From positions 23,562,001-23,626,000 of the forward strand of contig NW_024704742.1 of NCBI RefSeq assembly GCF_018977255.1: 64,000 bases of DNA, in the 5' to 3' direction. The first letter of the stretch is position 1. Each line of letters starts with the position of its first letter. Positions 12,866 to 26,381 of this stretch are shown in pieces. This stretch comes from Callorhinchus milii (taxonomy: Eukaryota). The notes below the pieces were generated by a model, which was not told the origin of the DNA, did not search any database, and was given only the letters and a program-made list of their open reading frames with translations. Position numbers and translations under genes: made by a program.

Positions 12866-15800
12866 CCCAACAAAATGACAAAATAGTAGCAATTGCAAGG
12901 TTATTAGAGTTGACGTAACTATCATTCAGTGTATAATTTCTTCCAGTACATTAGCAGTATTTGAATCCGTATGCAACAAACATTACATATATACATTTTT
13001 TAAATAACTATAAATTACTCAAATGATTTGGCATTTGGTGTTTTAAAAATCCTCCTTTGATAATGCAATTTCATTGTAAAAAAAAATCATCTATTCTCAA
13101 CATGTGGCTCAAAAGTATTCCAAAATAGTAGTAATACATGTCAATCTCAATACTGTTCAATTCAGATCCAACAGCATGGACTACAAAGTAATACATAAAG
13201 CCTCCACTCATTTTACCTTAACTCCCCTACCATGATGCTATTATACTGGACCAGTGTCAAAAAGAAAAATCAATGACTGTTTAATAAAGCATTACACACA
13301 AATTTCATAAAGAGTTGGTTCCTGCACGGCCCAGCAATCATCATTTACAGTTGACATTCTAATTCTAATCAGATTATAAAATGGGTAAACACTGGATTAA
13401 AGAAAAACTTTACTGTAAGTACTATAACTGTATTAACAATCATTCACTGTTCTATGAATATCAACATATAAATCTACCAAAACGACAAATACATGCAGCA
13501 TATTTAATTGTCTAAATCTCAGCATATAAACCTTCCTACTCTTATGCAGAAAAGAGACTCATCTGAGGCAACATCTAGTCTGTCTGGAACCAAGCACTTT
13601 CAAACTAGTTTTTCAATGTGCTGCGTCCATTTCTGATAAATGAGAAAAGAATAGATGGCCTGGCAGAAGGCTCAGACAATAACATGTGATTTACAGGACA
13701 TGAATGCAGCTACTATAAGATTTATCTGACAGCCCTCTCTGATAGTGGACTGTTCAGTATCCGATGGAATGATTTCTAGTCTGGAAAATCTACTACTGAG
13801 TAGCCATACACATTATTTATTTATTAGATGTTTTGGGTTGAAACCATTTTTAAATGATGCACTTCGGAACATGCAGCAATAAATTCAGCTTTAAAACTGG
13901 AATTGAGGTAGTGTTATTGGAATGTATGTCAGACTGAATTAGTGCTAGGACGCAGAACATTGAAAAAGTACCCTTGAATGCCATGATGATATATTAAAAA
14001 AATTACTCTAATAAGCTCAGACTGCTTGAGAGAACATGCTAAAGATGTTAAGGAGTGTATACCATCACTTGCCACCATAGTAACATGCAAAAAAACATTT
14101 AAGTGAATAGGATTATAAAATCAAAGGTACATCATTCTCACACTAGAGTAGGCCTTCCCAGGTTTACAAATCATATTTACTAGTTACCATATTGAGCCAG
14201 GTTTAAATAACAGAACAAGTACTACCCGATGCCACTTTGTATGGGACAAGATAGGAAAATGCCCTTCCAAGCAGAAACTACATTAAAGGCACTCTACACT
14301 TCTGTTCCTGCATGTTTGCTTTTTCAAGAACAAAGTACCTGTATTTAATGTTTCAAAACACAAAAATAAATTCACATCTTAAATTAAACTAATATTTATC
14401 ACACTTTAAATTCTGTGTCATCTAAAAAATCAACACAAATGCTACAAATCCCACCATAGGTTTTTCAATGATAGATGAAACTACGGTTTTACAATAGGAT
14501 GCAAATGAAAAATGCCATCTCGCTCTGGTAAAAACACTTTAAAATGAAACACATTCTCAAAATTTCACATTTTGTATGAGAATACAAGGGGTTCAAACGC
14601 AAAGTTTCTCAACATATCAATTCAACAGAACAAAGTCATTTTATATATTCTAAACTAGTCCAGTTTAAAATTTGCAACTTCCTTAGAATATGTGGATTCT
14701 TAGCATAGGTCAATTTTAGAGGATTCAATTTGTAGCATCCAAATTTTAGGATACATTCTAATGCAAAATGCCTATGAAGAATTCTCTGTCATTATATATA
14801 GAAGCTATCCTGCTTTGTAAACTTAACAATTAGTCATCTTTAGAAAGGCATTTGGCCCCGCTTTTAACAATAGACAGCACACGTTAGAAGCCATCAAGCT
14901 GAGAACACTAATCTTTGTGTGATTAAAAACATGATTTCTTGACCTTAGCTTTTGATCTTTGACTTTCATCCCACTCCATCTACCGTACAAAATTAATTAA
15001 GATTTTAGAGGGAGAATATCACATCCCACCCCATCTCCCTCCCTAAAATTAATCAACATCAAATTCTATCCGATCTCAACATCCTAGAAGAGTCTAGTTG
15101 AAATCTTATCCCAGGTCTCAAGTTTTCATGTCAGCAAGGTCTGTCCTTTTCATAACAAAGGAAATTGCTTTTGTGACCCTGACCTTTCATTTTAGATAAT
15201 GCAAAATTGTAACTGTACAAGTATCCTATCTTTAGGTTTAAAAACAGAGTTTTATAGCATATTCCATACTTTCAAATATAATGCATTTCTCAACTGATAT
15301 CTAAATCTTACCATCCTCTGTGAAATATAATGAGGCCTTAGGAGTAATTTTACGCCCTCTATGTGATTAGAGTAGCATTAAACATCTCTGACATTTATGA
15401 CAAATTGGTGCATTAGACTTTGTAATCTATTTATGTAGCCCATGTTCGTTGCTCTATTTCTCTTTTCCATAGAGTCAAGTATAAAACAATGTATTTTCAC
15501 AAAATCAATTTTAAGGTTTCGGAAATTTAAAATCTTTATCATATACTTCAGTTGACAAATCAGGCTGAACTGCTTGAATCTTCAAATTTAAAAAAAAGGT
15601 TTGTATATGTGTAACTGATGATAAGTGTGCAGAAAATTCTGTTAATTCAAAATGTTGCATTCCTCTTAAAGCTCACAGTAAACTTGGGGTCATGTGCCAA
15701 ACCTATTTTGTTCTGTTATTTCAAGTCTGACAATCTAATCCACAAGGTCTAGTTCAGCATCCTATTGTTATGGAAATATCTAGCAAAAAGTGCTACTGTA

Positions 15801-15883
15801 CCAGAATTCTACACTTCACCAGCCATTATGTTGCAAAATGTTACCATTGCAACCACAGATTTTTTTAGTAATATAGCTTTGCC

Positions 15884-15937
15884 ACAAATGTTATTTCATC
15901 CAGCAATACAAATGTTATTTTATCCAGCAATGCAAAT
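15884..15937. repeat. 24-bp tandem duplication (about 2.2 copies)
   Basis: acaaatgttatttcatccagcaat / acaaatgttattttatccagcaat / gcaaat. Confidence 0.85.
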
Positions 15938-17176
15938 AGCAAATTTCTTTAAAAAAAATTGAGGCTGAATGGATTATACAATGGTTTCACATTAAGCATT
16001 AATTGACCATGTTTAACAACTTTTAGCATGTATGCTGTGGGGGAGGGAAACAAAAAGAGTTTACTTATTTTTATTTCTTCCTAATGTCAGTCTCCTTGTC
16101 TAGTCCTATGTTCCCTCCCCAGTCTTACGGTCCCTCCAGTGGTTGAAGCACTTCCAGAATGCATTGTTATGCTTACCATTACATTTTGAGATCCATTAGG
16201 TGCGATATTCTGAAGTAAATGTGCTTATTGCACTATATTGACAACACATAGCATTGATTTTTCACACCTTCTATGATTCTTTCATTTATATTCATGACCT
16301 ATCCGTCAGCATAGCCTAAATAAATTTGGCAACATACCCACTAAAATGAATAAATCGATGCAAAGAAACATTAATGATGCATTATCCTTATTTGTCAGCG
16401 AGGTAAACCTTTAGGTTGTAAATGAAGGTCAAAGGCTTTGAAAAGGGTCAGAACCCATGACCTCTGAAGCCTCATCCTCACCAGTTATAGCCTTTGTTTT
16501 ATTCATGATCTCAAAAGTAATGTGTTGAAAACGTCTGAACACCTACAAATTAATTATTTCCCAGTTAACACAAAGAACGGCATTTGTTCTGCTTCGCCAA
16601 AAGCACAGGGACATATGACAATTATGCACTGAATTCAAGTTGCTACAATCTGTACACGTCACAAGGCAAAACCAATGTTACCACCCCCCAGCAGCTAAAT
16701 CTGTTCTATGTTATTCTTCAATAAGCTTTAAATATTATAAGCAAACTCATTAAATGAATGGGCAGTGTTCTACAAATTATTCCAAATAAAATTAATCAGA
16801 AATTGCTGCCAAATTTCTTGCATGTTTAAGTATAATTAGGGAGTGTCTGAAATAACATTTTATACAATTGCTCAATGCTAAAATTGTAGAAACTTTTTTT
16901 AGCATTGAGCATATCGTATAAAATGACAACATACAAAATATGTCAACATAGAAGATTGAAATATGGGCTACAGATGTACTAATAAGTATTTGGGATAGAA
17001 CAGCTTTTACTGAAATAAATTAAGAATAAATTTCAAAGTATGTAGATAGAATATAGTCTTGTTTTTTGATTTTGGTTCACTTGTCTTATTTGTATTTAAA
17101 TGGAATGACTTTTAAAAAATTCAATGTGTAAAGTCAATGACAACACAAATTTATAGCGTTTTTTCAATAGACTTAC

Positions 17177-17238
17177 CTGAGAACACAGTAACATGACCAA
17201 CTCCACAACAGAACTGCTAGATTTCATGCAGACCAAAC
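17177..17238 (-). CDS. LRBA: LRBA exon 12 of 12 (62 nt, phase 1/0)
   Basis: Acceptor tctgtag|GT TTG; donor TCT CAG|gtaagt. Encodes SLVCMKSSSSVVELVMLLCSQ. The next exon (EWQNSIQKNAG...) was not found in 1-17176. Confidence 0.96.
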
Positions 17239-20200
17239 CTACAGAGGAAGAAATATTTTTTTATTGAAAACAATAAAAGAGGTTACAAATACCATCTCTG
17301 ATTCAAGACATCCACAAGTCAAACTCAAACCCAGGCAACACATCATTTCTGCCTACCCTTAACCCAAACCAGCGGAAAATCATCCCAAATGGACAATGCA
17401 CTATTTCTATATTTTGTGCATTAACTTTGAATGCTTCCGATTAATCGCTCCAAAGCTGAACAGTATGTGTATTTTATCTATAAGGTCAACAAAGTCAGAT
17501 GAGCTAAAAAAAACTAGACAAACAAATGTAAATTAACCTGCAACCACCATTTTGCAACAGTTCATTTGATGAACAGGATTATCACTCATTTTAGTAATGA
17601 ATCTATTAAGTATCAAACATTGCGCTATTATCCATTAATGTGAAGTTCACATTGCAAGTACCTGTACATGGTTTTCAGCCAAGGCATTAAAATGGCTACA
17701 AGTTTTACTGCTTTCACTTTAAAGGGAGACAAAGGCAATTAGCAGAAACTAGCAAGTGAACAGCGCTACATAACACACCAAACCGTGGAAGCAGCAATAT
17801 ATCAGTTGCTGACACTGCACCACACAGCTGTCTGATATAAGGAGTCTATTTTTTTCTGCTTACCATACCATTCCAATGACAAGGATTCTTCAGGTGACTG
17901 ATCACTGCTCTCTACACTAGCACCATAAATGATAATGGATGACGCTGGATTGTTATTGGTGCTTAATAAACTGGCCTGATACATTTCTGTTTTAGGTGGT
18001 AGGTCATTGTGAAATGCTGCTGATAACTTTTTTTAAAAATCAATTTAACATAACACCATTCCAATAATCTTTGCTTCAACTATAACCCTTGCTGTAAAGC
18101 ATTTTTTTAAAAATCATGTGAAAGGCCAACTGATACATTCCTCTAAAACTGAGGCTCAAGTGTTTTGTACTTAATCTACAATTTGTAAATTACTAATGGA
18201 TTTCAAATACTAACAGAAAAGTATCCCTTGATCAACCATTGACGGAGCCACCCTGTACAATTATTGCATTGAAAATCCCACACATTAGATATTAGCATTC
18301 TGATCCCATTCTGAAGAAGGCTGGTAAATATATTTGGTATTAAATTTAAAAATGGCAAAACTTACCAAACTTGCCCTCAAAAAATCAGACTGAGCTTTGG
18401 ATCACTCAGTACGATCTCATCATTTCTTAAAAAAAAGATGCACTTAACCTTGAAAAATACAGGTTTTAAAAACAATTCAGCTTTTTATTTTAAAATCAAT
18501 GAACTTTTCCTCCACCTAAAAGGGAGCCAACGCTCTCCAGAACTACATGAGACCCTTTAACAATATATTTATTTGGCTACAAGCATTTCATAAATATTGC
18601 AACTCTTAATATTTTTAAAAAACTGATTATTATGCTAGATTATCTATTTGATCTCCAATTAAAAGAAAATGTAACTATTAACTATGTGCTTGCATGTTCT
18701 ATTGCTGCTCCAAATGTGTACAACATATGTCATATTGATCCACAATATCTACATCTAGCGCTCCATACCACACAAGTTATTATGTATGCAGAGAGGGGAA
18801 ATGGCTTATGACCTTTGCTTTCTCCGTTACTCTCTCCCTTCAGCCCTCCAGCTATCAATCAAGTTTCCATTTTGTTTCATGGCAGCAGACATCCCAAACA
18901 CTCTTATTAGTACTTTGACCCTTGACCCTCTCTCTGTAAACCTAGCAGAACCGAAAGTGGTTTTTAAAAAAGGCACTTGCTACTTTATGAGTTTCATGGG
19001 ATTACAATAGGCTTTATGAATACAGAGATGACAAGGCTCAACTTCATTGTTTCCTAATCACTTCCTTTTGCATAGTGATCAAACAAAGTTAATATATTAT
19101 GAGAAACCACTAAACTAGTATAAACCACTACACGGAAACTTACTTAAAAATAGTGGTCTAAACCAAAATTAATCCCTTTTTTTAAGAAAATGTTTTTTTT
19201 TTAGGAACATGTATGTAGGTTGAATCCTGTTATGTAGTTTAACCAGATGAAAGTTCAGAGTTCATAGCTATCTTGCAAAACCAATAAATTTCCCATGAGG
19301 CAATATACAGATGGGGTTGGAGGAGGGAGAGAAAAGAGAGGAATGGAGGAAAGAAACAGAACAAAAACAATTGTTAAGAATCCATCATATTAAAGAGAAC
19401 ACAAATATTGTTTTCATAGTACATCAATGTTAGGAAATGAATGTACGTTTTCCTTTTGGCATTCAATGTCAGTATCAAGTACTTCCAAGTTAAGAAAAGG
19501 CACAGCCAGATACAGAATCCAGCCACTTTTACTCTGCCACAAAAGCAACCTTTATTGTACTACGGCATTTCCACCATGTACTACCACTATCCACCAAGCT
19601 GGCAGCACTGGCGAGTGAATTTAATGTGGAGTCAGGCAGTGATGTACTGTAAATTTGCACCCACTGCAGACTAAGCTGAAATTATCCAGGAGGAAGAATG
19701 ATAGTACAACGTTAAATGAGTGCAAGAGCAGATAGACCTAAGGGTAACTATAAATGTATATAAAACAAAGGACATAATGCTAAAGCTGTAAAAATTATTT
19801 AGCTGCATGTGAAGTGTTGCATCCTGTTTTGGGCACTTTCTATTGTTTCAGAACTGTTAAAAGGTAGTTATTGTTTTGTTTTAAAAATTTATTTGAAAAG
19901 AGATACTAATGGAAAAAACATTTTTAAAAAGTTGTCCTACTTCTAGAAACAATATCACAGGAAAACATATGGAAGTAAGGAATGGCATAATTAGTTAGTG
20001 CCTCTGTATAATAATTTTGGTACAAGCCTCAGGGATTTTTCATTCCACTTTGCAGGCACTCGACAAAAGTTGGGTCAAAAATGTATAAATTGCACAACCA
20101 TAGCCACCTTTGTAAGGTTTTAGACTCATTAAAAAATATCTATCCCACAAAAGTTTGAAAACCCCCAAAAGAACTCATGTCAATCAAAAAATGTTGTACG

Positions 20201-20804
20201 ATACTCTCTTATACAATCCCACGCCTCAACACATTTATTTTTAAAAAATTACTCTTGTACCTCTGTTTAAAACTTGGTCTAAATTCCTCCATTGAAAAAG
20301 AACCTACACCACCCACAATTAAAACAAAATCTCTCTCCTACTTGTCCCTAATGGCTTGGACCTGTCCTTGAGGAAATCTATTTCTTCCCTCAGACCTAGA
20401 GTGGGAGTGACTCCTGGAGCATTCACTGCTGTGCTCCACCACATAAAGTCTCTCCCAGCATCAAATTGGTGAGCACCTTCAGCACTGCAAAGGGTTTCCT
20501 GCCCCATAGCGACATCATGCCCTATCTAGAGAGGGATGAAGGCCACATCATACATAAAGGGGTAAAAGGGAGGTAAAATGATCTATTAACTTGAGTTGTT
20601 TAAAAACTGCTCAGTGTGTGTTAATTTGAATATGTGGACGGATTAGCATTTAAATGTAAAGCACGATGGATGGGCATTACCAGAGAAAGGGTGATTGAGT
20701 GAGTGGTTAGGAGGAGGGAGAAAAACAGGTGGGTAAATGTGATTGCGGGAAGTGAGAGTTACAATACAGAAGAAACCAAGTATCACATCCAAGGAAGATA
20801 TAAC

Positions 20805-21065
20805 AACAATAACTTGGATTTGTATAGCCCCCTCCACTCTGGATGGTGTCTTTGAGCGCTTCACAGTAACAGATCCCGGGACCGAGCCAGCGGGAGAGGG
20901 AGGAAGGTGACCAAAGGCGCGGTCGAAAAGAAAGGTCTTCAGCAGAGACCTGAAAGTAGGAAGGGAGGGAGCGAGGCGAAGGGAGTGCGGCAGGGATTTC
21001 CAGAGCCTCGGGGCATAGTGGCTGAAAGCATGGCTGCCGAGGGTGGAGCGGAGGACTCAGGGGAC
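20805..21065 (-). mobile_element. L2 LINE 3' fragment, followed by GA-rich low-complexity DNA to ~21295
   Basis: Tail tttgtatagcccc...gagcgcttcacag; ggtgaccaaaggcgcggtcgaa; gggatttccagagc, all similar to other L2 copies. Confidence 0.75.
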
Positions 21066-22175
21066 GAGGATATATGGAATAGATAGCGTTATAGAATGTG
21101 AGTGACTGAGCGTGAAAGAGGGAAGAATGAATGCAAGGGAAGAGAGATGGAAGAGAGCAAGTAAATGTGACAGACTGTTGGGAGAGACAGAAAGGGAAAC
21201 ACATATAGAGAAAAACTGAATACACAGAGCAAGAGGCAGAAACGTAGGGTGAGAAAGATAGGGTTAGAAAGGGGACAGAAACTGGAAGCAAAGGACTAGA
21301 CTTCCCAGCACCTTGCGACGTCCTCCCGACGTGAAAGGCGCTATACAAATGTAATTTTGTATTGTATTGCAGACAAACAGAAGATAAAGTATATTTATGC
21401 TTGCTGCCATCACCTCACTCAGTTTACCTCCATTTTTAAATAAGCCCTGCTCCCAACCCTCCTCCGTATTGCCAGCCTGGGATGGGCCACTTCACTAGTT
21501 TATCAACAAAAGTGTTAAGAAATGACAAAACTGTTTCAATGGTTTTGGTCTCCACGTGGTTATTGCTAGGAACATAGCTCTTCTTTAGTCACTCCCCTCA
21601 GCCCCTAATGTCATTCCACTGCCACATGTGGTTGTAGTTTATGATTTATGAGGTGGTTCATAAAAAACGGGGCGGGGACGAGAAAAACCGTTAGCACTGC
21701 ACTTTTTAAACAATACAATAAATGTTTTCAATCAGAATAAACTAAAACAATCACCTCTCTTCCTACTGTAAATATATGTCATTAAGCAAAATTGTGGCAG
21801 TCTTCCTCTTTCCAGGAGCACAACCTCATAGCATAGAAACTGCTCACAGTTCACCACAAATCAGTAATCTCAGTCACAGCTCATGGGTACTAGAAATAGA
21901 AAGATTTAACTTGTAATGGAGGAGATTCTCTTCTAAGGCTGCAAATTGCATAGTACTGCTGATACAAAAATTAAGCTTCATTCTACATCTGACTTGTACA
22001 TTGCTTAACTTGGATGTGTTGATGCCGCCACTAAATATTAAAAGTGAGTAAATGTACTATTCCACAGAGATGACATCTGTCCAGATTTAAAATTCACTTT
22101 TAGGAGGAAAGAAGGAAAGTGGAATATGGGGGTGGGGGGGAAGAAGAGAACCAAAGAAAATATCCATCCTGTAAA

Positions 22176-22895
22176 ACATTAGAATACATTAGAATATACA
22201 GAACAGAAACAGGCCATTCGGCCCAACTGGGCTATGTCGGTGTTTATGCTCCACATGAGCCTCCTCCTGCCCTTCCTCAACTAAGCCTTCAAGCATAACC
22301 TTCTATTCCTTTCTCCCTCATCTACCTATCTAGCTTTCCCTTAAATACATCTATGCTATTTGCCCAAACAACTCCTTGGGTAGAATGTTCCACATTCCCA
22401 CTACTCTCTGTGTGAAGAAATGTTTTCTAACTTCCCTATTTGATCTATTTGTGACTATTTTATATTGATGACCCCTGGTTTGGGTCTCCCTCACAAGTGG
22501 AAACAGCGTCCCTATGTCTACCCTATCAAAACCTTTCAAATTTTAAAGACTTCTATCAGGTCACCCCTTACCCTTCTCTTTTCAAGAGATAAGAGTCCAA
22601 ATATGTTCAGCCTTTCCCGGTAGGTATAACCTCTCAGTTCTCGGATCATCCTTGTGAATCTCCTTTGCATCCTTCTATAATGTGGGGACCAGAACTGCCC
22701 ACAGTATTCTAAGGGTGGTCTAACCAGATTCTACAGCAGTTTACCATAACTTCCCTGCCTTTTCATTTCTATCCCTCTAGAAATGAACCCCAATGCTTGA
22801 TTTGCTTTTTTTATGGCCTTATTAACCTGCGTTGGTACTTTTAGTGAATTGTGTATGTGTACCCCTCGGTACCTTTGCTCCTCTACAATCACCTC
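22176..22895 (-). mobile_element. CR1 LINE 3' portion (ORF2 C-terminus, 3'UTR, tandem-repeat tail)
   Basis: ORF 22351..22539 MKGFDRVD...TRGHQYKI...HFFTQRVVGMWNILP is the classic CR1 ORF2 end; tail acattagaat x2; aggccattcggccc hairpin motif. Confidence 0.92.
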
Positions 22896-23016
22896 TTATT
22901 TGCCTTCAATTATCTTTGAAGCAAGTCAAACAGTTTATACACTACAATGATAATAATCATTGCATTCAATATAGCACCTTATCATATCTGTTCTTTAATG
23001 ATAAGTGGAAACTTAC

Positions 23017-23150
23017 TTGTACCCTCAATGAGCAACTCTTGACCATGACTTCCCAGAAGAGTGCGAGAAAGAAAAGGTGCAAAGTCCACAAAAATCTCCC
23101 TCAGAAGAGGTGCAGTCTTTTCCAGTGCTCGTTCCAGTCTTGCTGTGATA
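23017..23150 (-). CDS. LRBA: LRBA exon 11 of 12 (134 nt, phase 2/1)
   Basis: Acceptor ctgttcag|T ATC; donor GGT ACA A|gtaagt. Encodes [45 protein letters not shown]. Confidence 0.96.
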
Positions 23151-23530
23151 CTGAACAGATTTTTTTTTGAAAAGGGAAGTTAATTTACATTTTGAACTAC
23201 TTGCAATATAGTATCAACTTAAATGTTAAAAAAATCTAATCTTAAATTATTTTATTAAGATACCATTTGGAGATAGAGATTCTATTGCAATTCGTTTAAT
23301 AGGATATTGCTCCCTTCCAAGTGGTTACTAAATGCAACAGAAAGACACCATCATATCAAAAATGTATTACAGCCTAATTTTATACTGTAACAATCAAGTT
23401 TCAATAAACACAATAGAAATTCTTTTCATAAGATCAAATGAAAAAATCCCTTTAAAACTGCCAATAGAATGGGGGAAGTAAAAAATTGCAACATGAAAAA
23501 TATTTACCAGAAGATAATAAAAGTTATTAC

Positions 23531-23609
23531 CTCATATTTGCAGCCGAGTCCTCTGGCATTGGGGACACTGTTTGAACAGATGGCAGTTTAGAGTTGGAAG
23601 GTCCGCCAC
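23531..23609 (-). CDS. LRBA: LRBA exon 10 of 12 (79 nt, phase 1/2)
   Basis: Read manually. Acceptor tctcttag|GT GGC; donor ATG AG|gtaata. Encodes SGGPSNSKLPSVQTVSPMPEDSAANM (cf. SNAKLPSVPTV...NM). Confidence 0.9.
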
Positions 23610-23707
23610 CTAAGAGAATTCAATTGGGATGTTTACTGACAAAAATCAATCCCACACTGTTTTTTATTCAATAACATTGAATAACATTATGGTCTCTTAA
23701 AAAAAAT

Positions 23708-24027
23708 TTCTATCAGGTCACCCCTTACCCTTCTCTCTTCAAGAGATAAGAGTCCAAATATGTTCAGCCTTTCCCGGTAGGTATAACCTCTCAGTTCTCG
23801 GATCATCCTTGTGAATCTCCTTTGCATCCTTCTATAATGTGGGGACCAGAACTGCCCACAGTATTCTAAGGGTGGTCTAACCAGATTCTACAGCAGTTTA
23901 CCATAACTTCCCTGCCTTTTCATTTCTATCCCTCTAGAAATGAACCCCAATGCTTGATTTGCTTTTTTTATGGCCTTATTAACCTGCGTTGGTACTTTTA
24001 GTGAATTGTGTATGTGTACCCCTCGGT
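23708..24027 (-). repeat. 320-bp near-identical copy of CR1 segment 22551-22870
   Basis: Direct comparison shows one visible mismatch (ctcttttc vs ctctcttc). Confidence 0.93.
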
Positions 24028-24619
24028 GCATTATTTGTTCAGAATTAATAGATGGGTGGTACTTATTCTTGTATTACGTAACTAACAGCAGAAAAGATGC
24101 AGCACTCTGATCTGCTATCCCGCGTGAAAGATGCTATATAAATGCAAATTGTTATTGAAAATACAAGAATTTCAATATGGTAAGGGAAACAGAGTTGCAA
24201 AATAAAATTTATGCAGGAGCTTAATCAAACAGGGACGAGTATTAGACATCCAAAATGTTTAACAAAATGGTTGTATTTTTCCAAGAACAAAAAAATATAC
24301 ACCTTACAAAATTACAGAGGAAGAAAGATGAATGCAGCATTGGGTAGCACGCTCGTGATCTTACGTGACCAGAAATCATGAATCATCACAGAACATTACA
24401 TTCTGTGTCTTCACCACCTTTCATCTCTTCATAGTCACTAACCAGTTGAAGGGTTTGTTTGGCACTCTCTTGCCCCCAAAACATTTTTAGGCAAACACAA
24501 AACCATAGTCACTGGAAACAGACTTAAAAATGTACTAAAATTTTTTGGGGGGGAAGCTAAATGGTGTGCAACAATTTTGAAAGTGAGCAGCCGTCAGTAG
24601 AAGTGAAAGCAGTAGCACA

Positions 24620-24762
24620 ATAATAATATTACTTGCATTTGATACAGTGCCTTATCACGTCTTCGAGACTTCTCAAAGCTCCTCACAGAATATACAGAAT
24701 ATAAAGTGAATTGACTGTATATTTTGTGGGTGAAACTCGGCAGCTAAATGTGCACAGCACAG
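24620..24762 (-). mobile_element. SINE 3' fragment
   Basis: cttgcatttgatacagtgccttatcacgtcttcgagac...gtgaattgactgtatattttgtggg. Confidence 0.85.
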
Positions 24763-25094
24763 CAATAGCCTAGAGAAGGAGAGGTTGGCTGAAGGGGAGC
24801 ACGACCGCCAGCAAAATGTTTAGCAGCCATAACCATTTAACAGTCAAGGTTTGTGAAGAGCTAAGAAACTTCAGGGATTACAGGGAAGTATAAATTCCAG
24901 GTGCATTCTATGATTCTATCAGTTTCTCCACGGCTCCAGAATATTAGTGGCTCTGAATATAGCACATATGATATTGATACTTAAAAAAACATTGAATAAA
25001 ATACTGTGATCCCCTCATTTTGTTCTCTTAACTGGCCAATGATTTTTAATAGTTTAAACTATTTTCATGCTAGTTGATTCATATAAATATATTC

Positions 25095-25154
25095 TTCAAA
25101 TATATATGGGAAAGAATTTGTAAGTTCAAATATATATGGGGACCAGTTTGTAAG
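25095..25154. repeat. 30-bp tandem duplication
   Basis: ttcaaatatatatgggaaagaatttgtaag / ttcaaatatatatggggaccagtttgtaag. Confidence 0.85.
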
Positions 25155-26275
25155 AACATACACTGATTTTTCTCATCCACACCCTTGAAATTCCCATTCC
25201 ACCAGAAGTATGTGTGATGAAATTAAAATCAAAAATTCCTTTGCAGATTCACAACTTTTAAACTGGTCACATGGGAGACAAAGCTTTTATTAGTTCAGGC
25301 CTGCAAGAGGTAATGATATTAAAATCTATTCAATTTGAAACGTGATGTGATACATTCCTTTAGAAACTAGCTGAAACTTGATTTATAGATCAAGCCAGCT
25401 TTAAGAAAAGCACGTAGCACCATGAAGTGAAGTGCCAAAAAAGTATAGTACATCAAAAATCTCCACTATGTATATATTTATGTATTCTCAGATTCGGTTT
25501 TAAAAATACTATGCTGACCTGGTGAAAAACAATTGTATCTTGTTGCTAGATAAGAAACAAAACAAAATCACAGTTGGCTCATTAACATTGCTTTCCATAA
25601 CTTAGAAACAGGCATCAGGCATCAGAGAATCCATCTTCTGATTTTCTGAACTGACACTCCAAGAATATTTTTTTTCAATTTTAGGCTATTCAATTATTTC
25701 AAAGCTCCATTAATATAACTCATGGAATATTAAATCATAATTGTCGAATTCATAATATTGGCTGGGATCTGATTTGAAGTTATTCAAATGCTGGCTTAAA
25801 TTAAAATGTTAATATGAAATGCAACACTGTCTTTCTATTAATTATAGATCTATTCAAACCTTCTAGCTGTGAATTTGATGACTTCATTGTATTATTACAA
25901 TTATACATTTCCATTTCTAATGAATGTCTCTGCCTGACAGGGATAAAGTAGCAGTTTGAGACGACATAGTTGTACAAAATGAATATCAACCTACTGCGTT
26001 TTACATTTATCTTTTGATCAGATCATCGGTGTGATTTCAATAGATAGCCAAAAATTTCAAAAGTTTACGCTGCACTATACTTGCTGCATTAAACCACAAT
26101 TATAAACACACAGGTCTGACTGATATAAACTCCGGGCAATGATTTGACACTTTGAGGCGCTTGGGACATCCTCCCAATGTGAAAGGCACTATACAAATGT
26201 AATTTTTATTAAAAATAAAACAAATGTCTAATGAGTAAAGGAATCATAAATTCTAGCACTAACTCTAATGTAATA

Positions 26276-26381
26276 CAGGGTGACCAAAAGTTGTGATAAC
26301 TACCCTATTATCTAAAAAAATACATATCTTTTTTTTAGATATCAGACATTGCAGTGGTATTAAGACTTTTTGGTCACCTTG
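26276..26381. mobile_element. Tc1/mariner-type MITE (106 bp) with TA target-site duplication
   Basis: TA|CAGGGTGACCAAAA ... TTTTGGTCACCTTG|TA; inner palindrome tatctaaaaaaa...tttttttagata. Confidence 0.75.

Noticed and set aside
20707..21348. 213-aa minus-strand ORF
   Set aside because: Built from an L2 tail, CT-rich low-complexity DNA and an L2 fragment; not a real gene.
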